NCBI GenBank assembly: GCA_010909165.1
Contig: VJWM01000011.1
Coordinates: 124,001 to 188,000, forward strand
Length of the DNA: 64,000 nt
Source: Anthoceros angustus
Taxonomy: Eukaryota; Plantae; Anthocerotophyta
Reading direction: 5' to 3'
Position numbers and translations under genes: made by a program. The notes beneath the pieces are model-generated. The model did not search any database, had not been told where the DNA came from, and saw only the letters and a program-made list of their open reading frames with translations. This document shows positions 13,719-25,800 of the stretch, one piece after another; within the stretch, counting starts at the first letter, position 1, and each line of letters opens with the position of its first letter.

Positions 13719-14105
13719 CTTGCTTGCTCACGGAAGTGCAAGGGCCGCTGGACCGCAGCACTTTCCTCACCAAAACCTCGTGCTACAGATCCATTTCAAG
13801 CAGGATCCCCAGACCAATGCGACGTGATTCTGCCGCATTTGCAAGCCCGCCTCGAGGAGAAGAGCACAGCCTTGAGCTGGAAAACAAACAAAAGAAACAC
13901 TTTTTCAAAGCCTGATAGCAGCGCACAGAATGGCATCCACCGGCAGGAAGCTCTCTTTCCCTCCTCGTCCTGGTAAGAGCTCCGCCATGCAACCCTTCCT
14001 CCAGCTGAGATCGCTCGCGCAGGCTCCGAGGAGTGGAAGCTTCCAGCGGCAATTCGGACGCCGCAACAAGCAGAGGAAGAAGCAGAAGAAGACGCAGGAG
14101 CAGAG

Positions 14106-14190
14106 GCGGAGCGCAGATCGCGCTCAGGGTGCAAGTGAATTGGTGCAAATGCTCGCGGAGCGCAGATCGCGCTCAGGGTGCAAGTGAATT
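14106..14190. repeat. 2x ~49-bp tandem repeat upstream of the transporter
   Basis: gcggagcgcagatcgcgctcagggtgcaagtgaatt at 14106 and 14155. Confidence 0.85.
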
Positions 14191-15401
14191 ATGGAAATGT
14201 CCGTCTCGAAGGAGGCGAGGGAGAAGAAGAAGCCAGACCAGACAGCCACAGTCTTCGGGTCGTGGCCCCGGTTTGGCGGTTGCCTCCTAGGGTTGCGTAG
14301 TGTGAAAGCGGTTTTTACGTGTGCAAGCACGTCGCCGGCATGGGGCACGTGTGTGGAGACTTTTACTTTCGGCTCATGGTTTGTCTCGTTCTCGGGCAAT
14401 GTGAGGGGAAGCTTTGGCCGAGTCCTGTGCTATCAGGCCATAGGTTTGGGACGGCCGCGCTAGCTGGCCGTGGGTTTGGCACGGCTCAGGATAATGCAAA
14501 CCGTTGCAGACGAGATCATGGAAGAATTTTCACAGGCTCGTGAATGTACCAGTCCCACGCCAGAGAGTGGATGATTGAGGCTTCAAGGCCTGGCATATGA
14601 CAGCTTGGGCTGTCGTCTTCCAGTAAAACACAGTGCATGTATGTCCATACTGCACACAGCACAGAATTCTATAATATCCCAGAGGGAAGTAATCCTTCGG
14701 CATTGCACAATCTAATGGATCCGTCTCAAATATGCTGACGGACTGTCTTGAGACAGTACAGACAGAACTTCTAATGTGAGATGGGTATTGAGGTCGAGGA
14801 CATCCTACAGGAAAGTAATCCTTCGGCATTCCTCCCTCTGATAGATAAAAGCCTTGCTGGGCCCGCCATGACATACAACTCAGGGGATTGATGCCTGCGA
14901 CGCAGGCTCTCGTCTGCCTGCACACCAGAAACAAACGAGCAAGCTTGATCTCATAGGCCAGTGCTCAGTGTCTGCAGACAACTTACCCGACATCACCTCT
15001 CACAACTCAAGGAGTAGAAAGGAGGCTCGAGCCGGGACGCCCCTGAGTGAGACTGATCTGTTCTCCCCTTTGGCAGAGGATGGCACAGTTCCCATGAAGA
15101 CCTGATGAGGGTTCCCATGAAAAAGAGCCAGCCTATGTCAGTAACGGGACAGACAAAAGACCAACACCACCTCTTGCACGACTGCTCCTCATCACCCTCA
15201 ACCTACAGTGATCCATCGGCTGAATACTATTTTACTCCAACCTGAGCGAGATAGTCGAGGTCATAAAAATGAGGACGTCCTCTCCATACGCCGACAGAGA
15301 GCAAAAAGGGGGTTAATGACAGTGGTGAGAGAGGCTGCAGGTGGCAGTCACCTCAGGCCGTGGTCTCCGTTAACCAGATAGCTTCTGGGGAAAAATCTGC
15401 G

Positions 15402-18400
15402 TCATAGGTACAACGAGTTTGCGAAGATAATGCCCCGCCGGATGCTCTCACTGCCAGCTTGGAACTTCTGCTCCAAGTCGGTGACCCCAATTGCCCTAGT
15501 GGCAGTTAATAGCTGGTTCAGAAACTCATCAAGCCGCCGGGCTGTTCGAATGATGCTGCCCTCAAACAGATCGGTCATCTCACAGATTTCAGAGAACTTG
15601 GCACCCTTTGACCAGCTGTAGATTACATCCATCAGACTTGGACGAAATGACTCGACATACTGCTCCACATCTATCTCCAGCCCGCACTCTTTCTGAACCT
15701 CAGCCAGCTTGCGGGCACTCGCATGAAGCTGCTTAAGAGGATACGTCAGCTCATTCTTCAGATGGACTTGTTCATTTGATTTCTCTAAGGGCAGGAAGCA
15801 GCTTGCCAGAGCCACAATCTGATGGTGGTCTAAGTCATTGAATAGACCATTAAACATGAGTTCTGTAACCAGAAGCTCGTCGGCTGTGTCAATGAGGCAG
15901 GCAGCTCTGCCCTTGAGTTGCACCACACCATCTCCGTTGATGTGTCCAAGCTTCTTTAGTACACGCGATCGGTTTCGCAACTCCTGCCTGAATTTGTGCA
16001 GCTGTGACTCATTCATCAATGATTTCAAGCGTTGAGCTTCACTAATGAGTTTGGCCTTCCTCTGGAAAGCAAGATACGAGTCTGCATCCTTCTCAGACTT
16101 GTATAGTGGATGAGCCATCAGCTTCTTTTCTTCAGCCTGAATCTGGTCAACTAGCTCCTTGAAGTTTTCATCATCTATGCCCATGTCCTCTATCGGATCC
16201 AACTTGGCCAGGCCATCTGGGAAGCGTCTCTCCAGCTCCTTCACAGCCAGCAGCACACAGTTCCGTATCTCTGGCGACCTCAGATCCTCAGGGACTGCAA
16301 CTCTCAGAGAACTGATCTCACATAACATACTCATCTGGACAGGTACCACATGCATCTCTCCTTTCTCTCCTGGTGGGCAAGGGGCAGGCTTGGACGTAGA
16401 GCCCTCATGCACCAGATTCGGCGCACAATGGAGTAGAATATCCACAATGTAGGAGCTGGTGCGGGGGGCTGTCAACACTGCTGAAGGTGGCTGGGACGAG
16501 GAAGGCTTCTTCATCACATTTACCACAACACCCCAACCCCACTCGTCTTGACCATCCCGCACCTTGACCAGCCTACCCGGCTGCAGGAAAAGCAGCACTC
16601 GTTCAGGGCGCAAAATCTCCGCCAACATTTTCTTCTCCAAATTCGCCAAGTCAAGCCTGAGGCTGTGATACTGGGCCGTGGAAGCATCCTCCCCGGACCC
16701 GATGGCAGCCGCCTCCTCCTCCAGCTTGGCGATGCGCAGTTCCACATTAGGCACAGCTCTCTCATGCTGAAACTGGTGAAAAGAATTCCGGATCACATGC
16801 TCCGCATCAAACTGGCCTTCCGCCCTGCTCATTAGATTGAGCAGGGTATAGTAACTCAACCTGAACGTACTCACCAAAGGCGCAGGCCTCCCTAATATCA
16901 TCTCCTTGCAAGTGCCGATATCCATCTGCTCATCCACCATCATAATGCAGATGCCCCGGTCATCCTTCCCCCGCCGGCCTGCCCTACCGCTCATCTGAAT
17001 GTACTCACCGGACGTCATCCACCGGTGGCTGTCACCATCCCACTTCCTCACAGCTGTGAAAACCACAGTCTTAGCCGGCATGTTGAGCCCCATGGCAAAC
17101 GTCTCAGTGGCAAACAGAGCCTTGATCAAACCTTCCTGAAACAAAATCTCTATCACCTCTTTCAGTATAGGAAGCAGACCAGAATGGTGCACCCCTATAC
17201 CCCTCTTGAGAAGAGGAAGTATCTGCGTGATGGTCTGCAACTCCCTGTCCTCCTCGCTCAACCGCTGAATAGCCTTCACGAATATCTCCTCCACACTAGC
17301 CTTCTCCTCATCGGTATTGAAGTCCAGCTTGGACATGGCTATAGCATAATCCTCGCACTCCCGACGCGCAAAGCTGAAAATAATGACCGGCTGAAACTTC
17401 TTCTCCATCGTGAGCTTCACGATCTTGTAAATATCGCCCCGCCCCGCCTCCGCCTCCCCTCTCCCCGGCCCCAGCCTCCGCCTCTCCCCCGCCTCCTTCC
17501 CCTCTGCCCCTGCCATCCCCGCCGTCTGGCCCCCCCGGCGCCTCCCTAGCGAACGTCTCGGTCAGCTTGTGGAAGGTATCGTGCCTAAACTGCCCCCGCT
17601 CATCCACCACAAGGTAGAGCCCGGATCCTCCCACGGGGAACACATAGTGCTGCAGCGGCGTCGGCCGGAAATCCGTGTATACCACATGGCACGGCTGTTG
17701 GTGCAGGTGGCAGATCCATTCCGCGAACTCCGTGGCATTGGACATGGTTGCCGACAAAAACACCATCTTGATGGCCGGGGGCAGAAAAATAATACTCTCC
17801 TCCCACACTACGCCCCGCTCCCGATCCCGCATGTAGTGGATCTCGTCGAACACCACCCAAGCCACCTCCCGCAGCACCTCGGAGCCCTTGTACAGCATGC
17901 CACGGAGGATTTCCGTGGTCATGACAATGCAGGAGGCGTTCGGAGCGATGGAAACGTCCCCCGTCATAAGCCCTACGTCCGTGAACTCCTGCGCCAGCTC
18001 CCGGTACTTCTGGTTGCTCAGCGCCTTGAGCGGGGAGGTATAGATGACTCGCTGCCGGTCCCGGAACGCCATAGCCACAGCGTACTCCGCCACGGCCGTC
18101 TTACCAGCGGAAGTGTGCGCCGACACCAGCACGGACTCGTTGCGCTCCAGGCACGCCACCGACACCTCCTGGAAGGCGTCCAGCTTGAAGGGATACTTCT
18201 TGGCCATATCTCCCCGGTACACAGGATTGTCGATGCTTCCATGGACTGCCTGGTCTTGCGTGGCCACGTACCCCGGCGGCCGAGCCACTTCGTGCACGCA
18301 CCTCCTTCCCACATCTTCGTGCTGCCGCTCTTCGGGGGGCGGCGGCACCAGTCTCCTCTTCCCCGCTGCGCCATCTACCACCTCCGCTTCCGCGGCCTTG

Positions 18401-18429
18401 CGCTTCCCTGCGCTATCCGCGCCGCTCAT
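15402..18429 (-). CDS. HEN2: HEN2/MTR4-type Ski2-like DExH RNA helicase (nuclear exosome cofactor), intronless, ~1000 aa, with one apparent frameshift at ~17430-17540
   Basis: [25 protein letters not shown], arch/KOW region and DSHCT C-terminus [12 protein letters not shown]. The N-terminal [11 protein letters not shown]...[22 protein letters not shown] matches the HEN2 subtype. Two ORFs (18429-~17500 and ~17440-15402) join across a G-run glycine-rich linker. An alternative ATG lies at 18471. Confidence 0.93.
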
Positions 18430-18539
18430 GGCTCCTCCCGCTCCCGCTCCCACTCGGATGCCGCTGATCATTAAACCTACCAAATTTTCCAAGACTCCAA
18501 GCCTGAATCTCAAACGTTTTCATACATGTACACACCTAT

Positions 18540-18915
18540 CTAAGCATCATAGGCTTGCTCACCCTTCACCTAATCAACTACCTAATACTACGCGGGCTCA
18601 TCAAACAGGGCGTTCGTTTCGTTTATTCAGGATTTGGCCTAAACTGTTTGGCAGATTCCCGCGCGTTACGCACCCGTTCGCTACTTTGTTTTCAACTGTT
18701 CTCACGTTGATTGGCGCATGGTGGCCAATCCAGGCTCCATTTGCTTGAGCAAAATAGAGGCCGCAGGCGTCATTGACGTAGGTAGTAGAGCAGCTAAAAT
18801 TTCCTTCGCCTTTGTCTTTGTTTGCCTCCCTTCAACACCTAAGCGCAGAAACAACGTTCGACTCACATGTGTTAAGCATATCGATAGCGTTCATTCTGAG
18901 CCAGGATCAAACTCT
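18540..18915 (-). rRNA. rrn18: Mitochondrial SSU rRNA (rrn18) 5' fragment, non-functional NUMT copy
   Basis: Minus strand AGAGTTTGATCCTGGCTCAGAATGAACGCT...TATGCTTAACACATG...GTCGAACG, then a long V1 expansion, then GCGAACGGGTGCGTAACGCG.GGGAATCTGCC.AACAGTT..GGCCAAATCCTGAA...GTAGTATTAGGTAGTTG, which is plant-mitochondrial type. Truncated after ~375 nt. Confidence 0.9.
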
Positions 18916-19124
18916 TTTTTTTGAGGATTTTCTTTTACACAGAAGTAGAATTTGAACCTTGTAAATCTTCGACTCGCTATGCTCATGGCTTCCTGTCCAA
19001 AAAAAAGAAAGCGGCTGCCTTGTGGTCTTAAGGTTAATTAGATTGGTGGTTACACTAAAATACAAACTCTTTCCTTTTCTTTACTCCGTCCTTTCAAAAG
19101 AGGAAAGTCGTTCACCTTAGCTTC

Positions 19125-19607
19125 AATATCTCTTATTCCTAGTATTTCAAAAATTCATTGCATTTTCTCAAAACACACCCTCTCTTCATCTTTTTTTTGA
19201 CCCAAGTTAGTAGTTTTATGTGTAGTAAATACTACATTCCAATCACGTTATTAATAAGAAAAAACTGAAAAGCAAAGACGAAACATAAAGGGGAAAGTGA
19301 TTGGCCCAATCTATAACCAGAAGGATTTTCAACCAAAGAAGTCCAATAATACTACCTATGCGTAAATAACGTAAGACATTTTCGTGAATCTTTGTTATTT
19401 TAGTATCTAACACAAGAGTTACAGATGGGAATGAGGAAACAATAACTTCTACATAAAGCATGAAAAGAATCATTGAAAGGGTCAAAACCTAACCAAACAA
19501 GTAAGCCTGAAGTATCGCCACAAATATGAAAAAGAAAACGAAATGGATTGGATTTTAGCACGTATCAGCGGAACACTAGAAACTGAAGCAATGCTTGAAA
19601 GAAGGAC
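19125..19607 (-). pseudogene. nad6: Mitochondrial nad6 pseudogene (NUMT), frameshifted with an internal deletion
   Basis: Translates LSSIASVS..LIRAK.PIH...DTSGLLVWLGFD...IHENVLRYL.IGSIIGL...IG..VFTTHKTT...VF*ENAMNF..IRDI, collinear with plant Nad6. Confidence 0.85.
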
Positions 19608-21079
19608 ACCAGGAGAGTGTTGATCCCATATCCATATAGGAACAACGGATAGCTTAGTCAAAGGGAAGAGTTATCTAACAATAAAGAAAAACTGAGAGCT
19701 ACCGCCTTCCTTCGGCTTCTATCTTGAGACTTCAATTTTCCATCAAGGAAGAAGGCAATCAACTAGCGCTCACAAAGAGGCGGCGGAGAACGCGAAAGAA
19801 ACACAACCAAGTACTCTCTTGAAAAGAGTACGAAGGAAATATTCGTGGTGTCCGTCATGTCGGCCCCTGTATCTTTCGAAATAGTGGGATTAGTTATGAT
19901 TATCTCAAGAGCTCCACCTCTTCACTTATAACAATGAATTCTTAAGCTTTTGATAGACAGCGACGTCCTTCCTCTTTTCCTTCTAACAAGCTTCCTCTCT
20001 TCCCCACTCTTCAAGGACCCATGTAAGACAAATCCTGGAATGTCTTTTGTTATGAAAAATATCTCGTACTTTTGAAATGAAAACTTTTTACAGCTAACTT
20101 GTTTTCTTAGAAAATCCAAAGTCTACTTATTCCTTTTTCTGGAGTTCCAACCTTTGTTCTTTTTTCCTTACTTCAAGCTTTTTTTTACTTACGTCTGTTT
20201 TTTTAGATCATGCATGTTGCACTCGCTATAGGATAGCAGAATGGATCTTACTGGAGTGGCAGAACCACAGATTCTCATTGATGTGATTTCCCTGTGAAGC
20301 TGGTTATACAATGACTACGTAATTACATCTTTATTTAAATAGTCTATGAAAAGAGAGAGGAAAAAGCACATAGAAAGCCTTTCCCGTTGTGTGCCAACTA
20401 CCTAGAACATTTGGTGGGAGTGAATTCTAATCTACATCATTCAAATTATGAACCAGACGGATTACCAATTACTCTATCTCGCGAACATCATGAATAGATT
20501 ATTTAGATTAATTAAATATTTCATCGGTGATATATCAAATCTATTCTCTATGCTAATACACAATATATCCGTTCAATCCCACATAAACCCATCTTAATAA
20601 TTACCCGTGGACGGTTAGCCCTAAAAGTTGATTTGATGAGTTATGCACAAATAATTTGTTCCCAGCACTTATTAATGTTCCAAGAAACCTACGTCTCTCT
20701 ATGGCTAAGTGGGTGATCTTGCTTCTCTCCTTGTTTAGTTCTAGTGTAGGCACCCTAAGAGAGATTTATCCCCAGAACAAAAGGTGTGGCTACCTCGTTT
20801 TCAAGAACATGGCTACCTTGTGATTGAGTTTTATCCCAAGACGCCCCAAAGGAGATATGCTTGCTTTAGGGGCTTCCTTGTCTTTACCTCGAATGGCTTG
20901 GTTAGTCTTTCAAACTAAATTCAAGTGGTCGCCGACTGACATACCTCACCCGGCCGAGCGGTTTAAGAAGATATATGGAGCCGACTTAGCATACGCTCAC
21001 TCCATTTCTTCCGAGTATAAGCAGATCCACAAACAACCCAACATTCTTCTTGTCTCTTATCATCTTCTTTTATAATTAA

Positions 21080-22490
21080 GCGGCGTTATGCTCCAAGCCA
21101 ATATTATAGTAGACACAGGCTTTCAATTTACATCGGCGCGACTTTTACCGACGGTGTCACCGGCCACATAATCCCGTGGTCGTTGTAGTAAGGGGTCCGT
21201 TCCAAGAGAATGATAGGCTCCGTTTGCCGCCCAATCGCTTCACCTCACGCAAAGAACCCGGACTCAACACACATTCATCGCTTTACGACTAACTACCTGG
21301 CGCCACCCACCGTGCCCGGCGCGTATTAAACGCTTAAGCGAGACCTGCTCACAGTCCGGTTATTCAAGTTCGTCCTCTTCCTCTAGTCCGCTCCTCTCAC
21401 CACTCACTACACCATCGTCCAGGAAACGTGGGCTGCGCCGTCCGGACCTCCTCCGCCAGCTGCTTAGGCCTCTCCGTCCGGGCTCACACGCCTCCTCTGG
21501 GGTTCCTCCGGCTCACACGCCCGGCCCGTCCGACCGGGCGGTTGCTCGGGACAAGCAAGGGTCCCTGATCGCTCTTCCCTGCACACACCACCACATGTTA
21601 GGTCGCTACTGTGACTTGACGGGCCTCTCCGGCCGCTGTGTGGTGCCTCGGTGACTCAGGACTCATGCTAGCAAGAAGACGCACAAGGGCCTGCAAGGAA
21701 ACGCGGCATCAACACCAAGAGAAAGATACTTTACTAAAGCAGCCTCAGCTCTCTTATACTACGCCCAAGGTCGGTGCCTTTATTACACTCCCAATTGGCG
21801 GGTGGCCCGGCTCGGTGCCCTAATCGTCACCTACCATCCAGCACGCCCCTATCTCCGCTGGCCGACGGGCTGGGATGCCCTTGTTCCTACCGCGCTCGAT
21901 GGCCCCACTCCTTGCTAGCCTGCCATCGGCGCACCTAATCGATGATCCATGAGGTGGGACCCTTCCCTTCCCGATACTGCCGAGGTTACACCGGCCATGT
22001 GCGACGACCGCCAGTAACCTCCACATCCTCTTCTCCCGCCCCTCGAGTGGGTCCATGCCTGAAGGCCACCCTCTATGGCGGCTCCTCTGAGCACGCCGGG
22101 CCGACTCCTCCTCCTCCTCGAGTCCACACCTCGGGTGGTCCGTCTCGACTCGGTCCGATCTTCAGTCGGTCTGTAGTCCGACCTCGTGGTCCTGCCTCGC
22201 TCTGGGGTTCGGACCTATCTCGGACATTGTGGTCCGGCCCTCAAGTCCGGACCCCACAATCCTCGGACACTTATTGTTAGGGGCCCGTCCTCACTCACCG
22301 GTCTCCTCCCATGGCTTGGGTCCGGTTGGTTTCCTGCCTCCCCACCTCTTTCGGGGCCCTCATCCTTATCCCCCATGGCTGGTTGTGACGGACTTACCTC
22401 AAGAACAAGGTCTCCTTGGGACTGGTGACGGCTCCTGGTCACTAGTTGGAAGAGTGTACACCGGGTCGAAAGGTTCACAAAAGCCACCCA
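21080..22490. repeat. LTR-like retroelement fragment
   Basis: Shares gtcgttgtagt...ccaag.gaatg with the 5' ends of the units at 29887 and 57501; GC-rich degenerate subrepeats. Confidence 0.45.
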
Positions 22491-22809
22491 AAACCATGTT
22501 TTCCTGATTTCATTAAAAAAAAAAACTGACTAGGAGCAAATCCTTAGAGGATCTGTTTTCCCGTGTTTATGTCCACATCTCATATTAGTTTGGCTAACCA
22601 GCGGGTACATTGCCTATAAGCATTTGAAAATCGGGGCAATTTGTATGGACAACAAAAGCAAGCAGCGCAATGGAAAAGTCCACATGTGTTGCGTCGGTGT
22701 CCACCGTCATGGTCACGCTACGCATTAGTGGGGAGGTCGTGGTAGTGGCACCGGGCGTTACGTGCATAAACCTTGCATCTCACGCCCAATGTCGGTAGCG
22801 GGAGTGGAG

Positions 22810-25800
22810 GAAGATTCGGACGCCTCATCGTATGCATACACCCGTGATGCGACCCGTCTGCGAATCGTTTGGAAGTGCTTGCACGCCTCGAATATTGCAT
22901 AGCGATGGAGACCCCACCTCGGCGACTCTGAAAGAATTCCACATGGGCGATGGGTGGAAGTTGACCGCATGGTGGCAATCACAACATGGGCGGGTTCCTT
23001 TCAAGCACGCTGGAGTGATCCGGCACCTTCATTGCTTGGTCCTTAAGGAATTTACGGTTGAGGCGGGGTGGCGGTGCAAACTCGCGACCTTTGTTTGATC
23101 AACACTGGATTCCACTCGGGGTTGGGCGGTGTGAATGGTGTGGAGGGCAAGGAGCACGACATGTCGGTGTGTACTACGGTGGTCAAGGATAAAATTGAGA
23201 AAGTCATCTTGCTACATGTGTCTGGGGCGGTGTTAGTGCGACTATCTGAAAGCAGTTGATCATCATTGTATTTGTGTATCATCATTGTTTACGTAAATGA
23301 TTCTTGTATCATCATTGTCTCTGAAATCCATACCTTGCACATGCGTGTATGGCGCCCATGTTCTCGCTCATCAATACGGCGTCAATCACACATTCAATCG
23401 TCACACTCCCATGCTTCCTTGCTCCACCAGCAGGTGCGTTGTCTGGAGTCTGCTCCGGGGACCTTGATGTGTTTGTTGTGTTCATAGCACCACTTCTACC
23501 CCGAGTGCAGATACCACCATGTCCGTGCCACACCGGTTCCTCCTACTGAATCCTCGAAACAAACACGTAGCCTATCCTGTCGCACACCTCGATCACAAGC
23601 AAAGTTTTCCAATCCTACATCCCCACCATCTGGGCATCAAGCACACGGAGGAGGGTGCTCTTCGCCTCCTTCACTTGCTCCGCATCCCCAAGGACCATTG
23701 AGTTGTCGCTGCACTTCACCACTTGCCATATGACCCTTGGTCTCGGGCTTCCTCGTTGGTCTCTGCAACGACACATATGAACCCAGCCATGTTGTTCACC
23801 ATGGGCTCCTTATTGAGCGTCTTTCCGCCTCCATAGCGGGCTCCTCGCCCACCTCCTCCTCTTCGGCCCGTCCATGGAATTGATTCGAAGGTCCATGAAT
23901 TGAGCGCACACAGGATCATCAGAAATGACATTACGGCATAAGCAATGCTATCATACGACCCGATCCTGCACGCGTCCAGCGCAATCTCCCTCAGCTGGTG
24001 AATCAACCTCTTCAAGAGTCTTAGGGGCTTCGATAGGGGAAACAACCCGATCATCCATCCGGTGTTGTAACACAATTTTAGTTCCTCGTTAAACAACAGT
24101 TGTCACTCCACCGCCAAGTTGCGTCGGTTCTCTCGAGCACAAACGGTTGAGGCACACAATCCTTATCCAAGCTCCTGCGCAAGTGAAAAGTCCCACGCAT
24201 CGTGTCCTCGACAATCTTTGTCACATTGGTTTTATGATGTCGTCCACTGCCGCACCCATCGACTTCTCTAACCATAGATGTGTCATCCGAGAATGGAAGA
24301 CCACAATACGAAATACAGGATGTGGTGATGCCTTTGAACGCATGATGACCCCTTCAAACTCGCCTTGGTAAATCTTGTGTCATACTCGTGATTGGGGATC
24401 TAGATCCAAGCCTCGGGAGGTCTAACAACAACAAAGCATACGGTCGGGCTCTACAAACCGGGCCATGTTCACTATGTTCCACACGATCCCGACCTTCGGG
24501 TTTTTCGGCTTGGAGTCGTTCACGATTGTCATCGCCTTATCCTCGGTGTGGTCGATTTCAAGGCACGTTGACTCCTCCATCGCTTCCAAGCTCGGCCTTG
24601 AATATGTGCTCCTTGAAGTTCTCGGTAGGGCACCCACTCAAGGCAAGTGTTGGCACGCAGACATGAAAGACACATCCCACCGGTCAAATGCAAGCGGCGT
24701 TCTAGCTCGATATGCGGTGAATGCCTCCACTTCCATGACTTATAAGGACAAGAAGCAAGAGAGAGAAACTCGATTTGGGTATAGCTAAGTGTTCATCGAG
24801 GGTGACAGTTTTTGAAGGCGGTGGAAGTTACTAATTGATTCACCATGCGATGTCGGGATATCGTTCGAACCTCTTCAAATGTCTCTCACAAAAATGCTTG
24901 GCGATCACATGGATGAGGTTGAGTTTTTGGCCTTGTCCACCCACACGAACATTTGTTTCAATGTCAATTCTCGGCCAGGACTTTCATGCATGTTGTCTTC
25001 AAGTTGTTGTTCCCGCAGGCTCGATGCCTGAAACACTTCCATACCCTCACCGTATACTAAGCTCCTTTGTGTCAATGACCAAGTTTGCTCTAACTTGTTG
25101 TCTTCCTTGAATTCTGGGCCTTATTTGTTTATGTGAGAGCCAGCTTCCACCGCCTGTTTTCTCCCACTTCTCAAAGATTTCATCCACGTACTTCCACACC
25201 TCATCATCAACCTTCACAATAATCCGATTGTCCGGTTATCCACGAGGCGGTGATAGCGACCTTAGGTCCATGCTTGGCGCATCCCACTTAGGAACCCCGC
25301 CATATATATATCTCCAACTTCCATCTAAGTCACACTTGACCCATATTCGGCCTTCATCTCGATTCGATGTACCTCACACTCGATGAAAGTAAAAGTCTTC
25401 TGGCATCCGCAATGGTGTTGTGATCTGGCAACTAACCTCATCTCCTCATTTGTGAGGCCGGCAAGAACATATGCATCCATCCACACCTCCCAATGGATAC
25501 AAGTCGGCTAGTCTAGATCGCTGGAAGGAATGATTCCTCCCAATACATAAAATTTGTACACCCCGATCCACCTTATCCATGTCAAAGAAGTTCTTGTTGG
25601 GACCGGGCCGGGTCTACAATGACAATCATGGGCAGCACACCACCCACGTGGAATGCTTCATCTTTTGCATCAAAGCCTCCACCCAAGCCGTCTAGCTTAC
25701 CTTGCCAAAAGACATAGTTCTTGAGGTCTACAACTGATGATGGACAGCTTTAACGTGGACTCCCACTCTCTTTCCCGCAATTGCCTCCCTCGCAACATCT

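Larger units (their letters stand above)
18540..21075. other. Nuclear insertion of mitochondrial DNA (NUMT); right boundary approximate
   Basis: Abrupt AT-rich block containing plant mitochondrial rrn18 and nad6 sequence. Confidence 0.85.

Noticed and set aside
17430-17545. Programmed ribosomal frameshift in HEN2
   Set aside because: No canonical slippery heptamer or precedent; homopolymer error is far more likely.
17025-18748. Long plus-strand ORFs (174, 301, 234 aa)
   Set aside because: Antisense shadows of the GC-rich HEN2 CDS.
18540-18915. Bacterial 16S rRNA / contamination
   Set aside because: Has the plant-mitochondrial V1 expansion and helix sequences, and lies next to nad6.
18930-19000. 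Possible tRNA (trnfM-like) remnant
   Set aside because: Only a T-arm-like GGTTCAAATTC on the minus strand; no complete cloverleaf.
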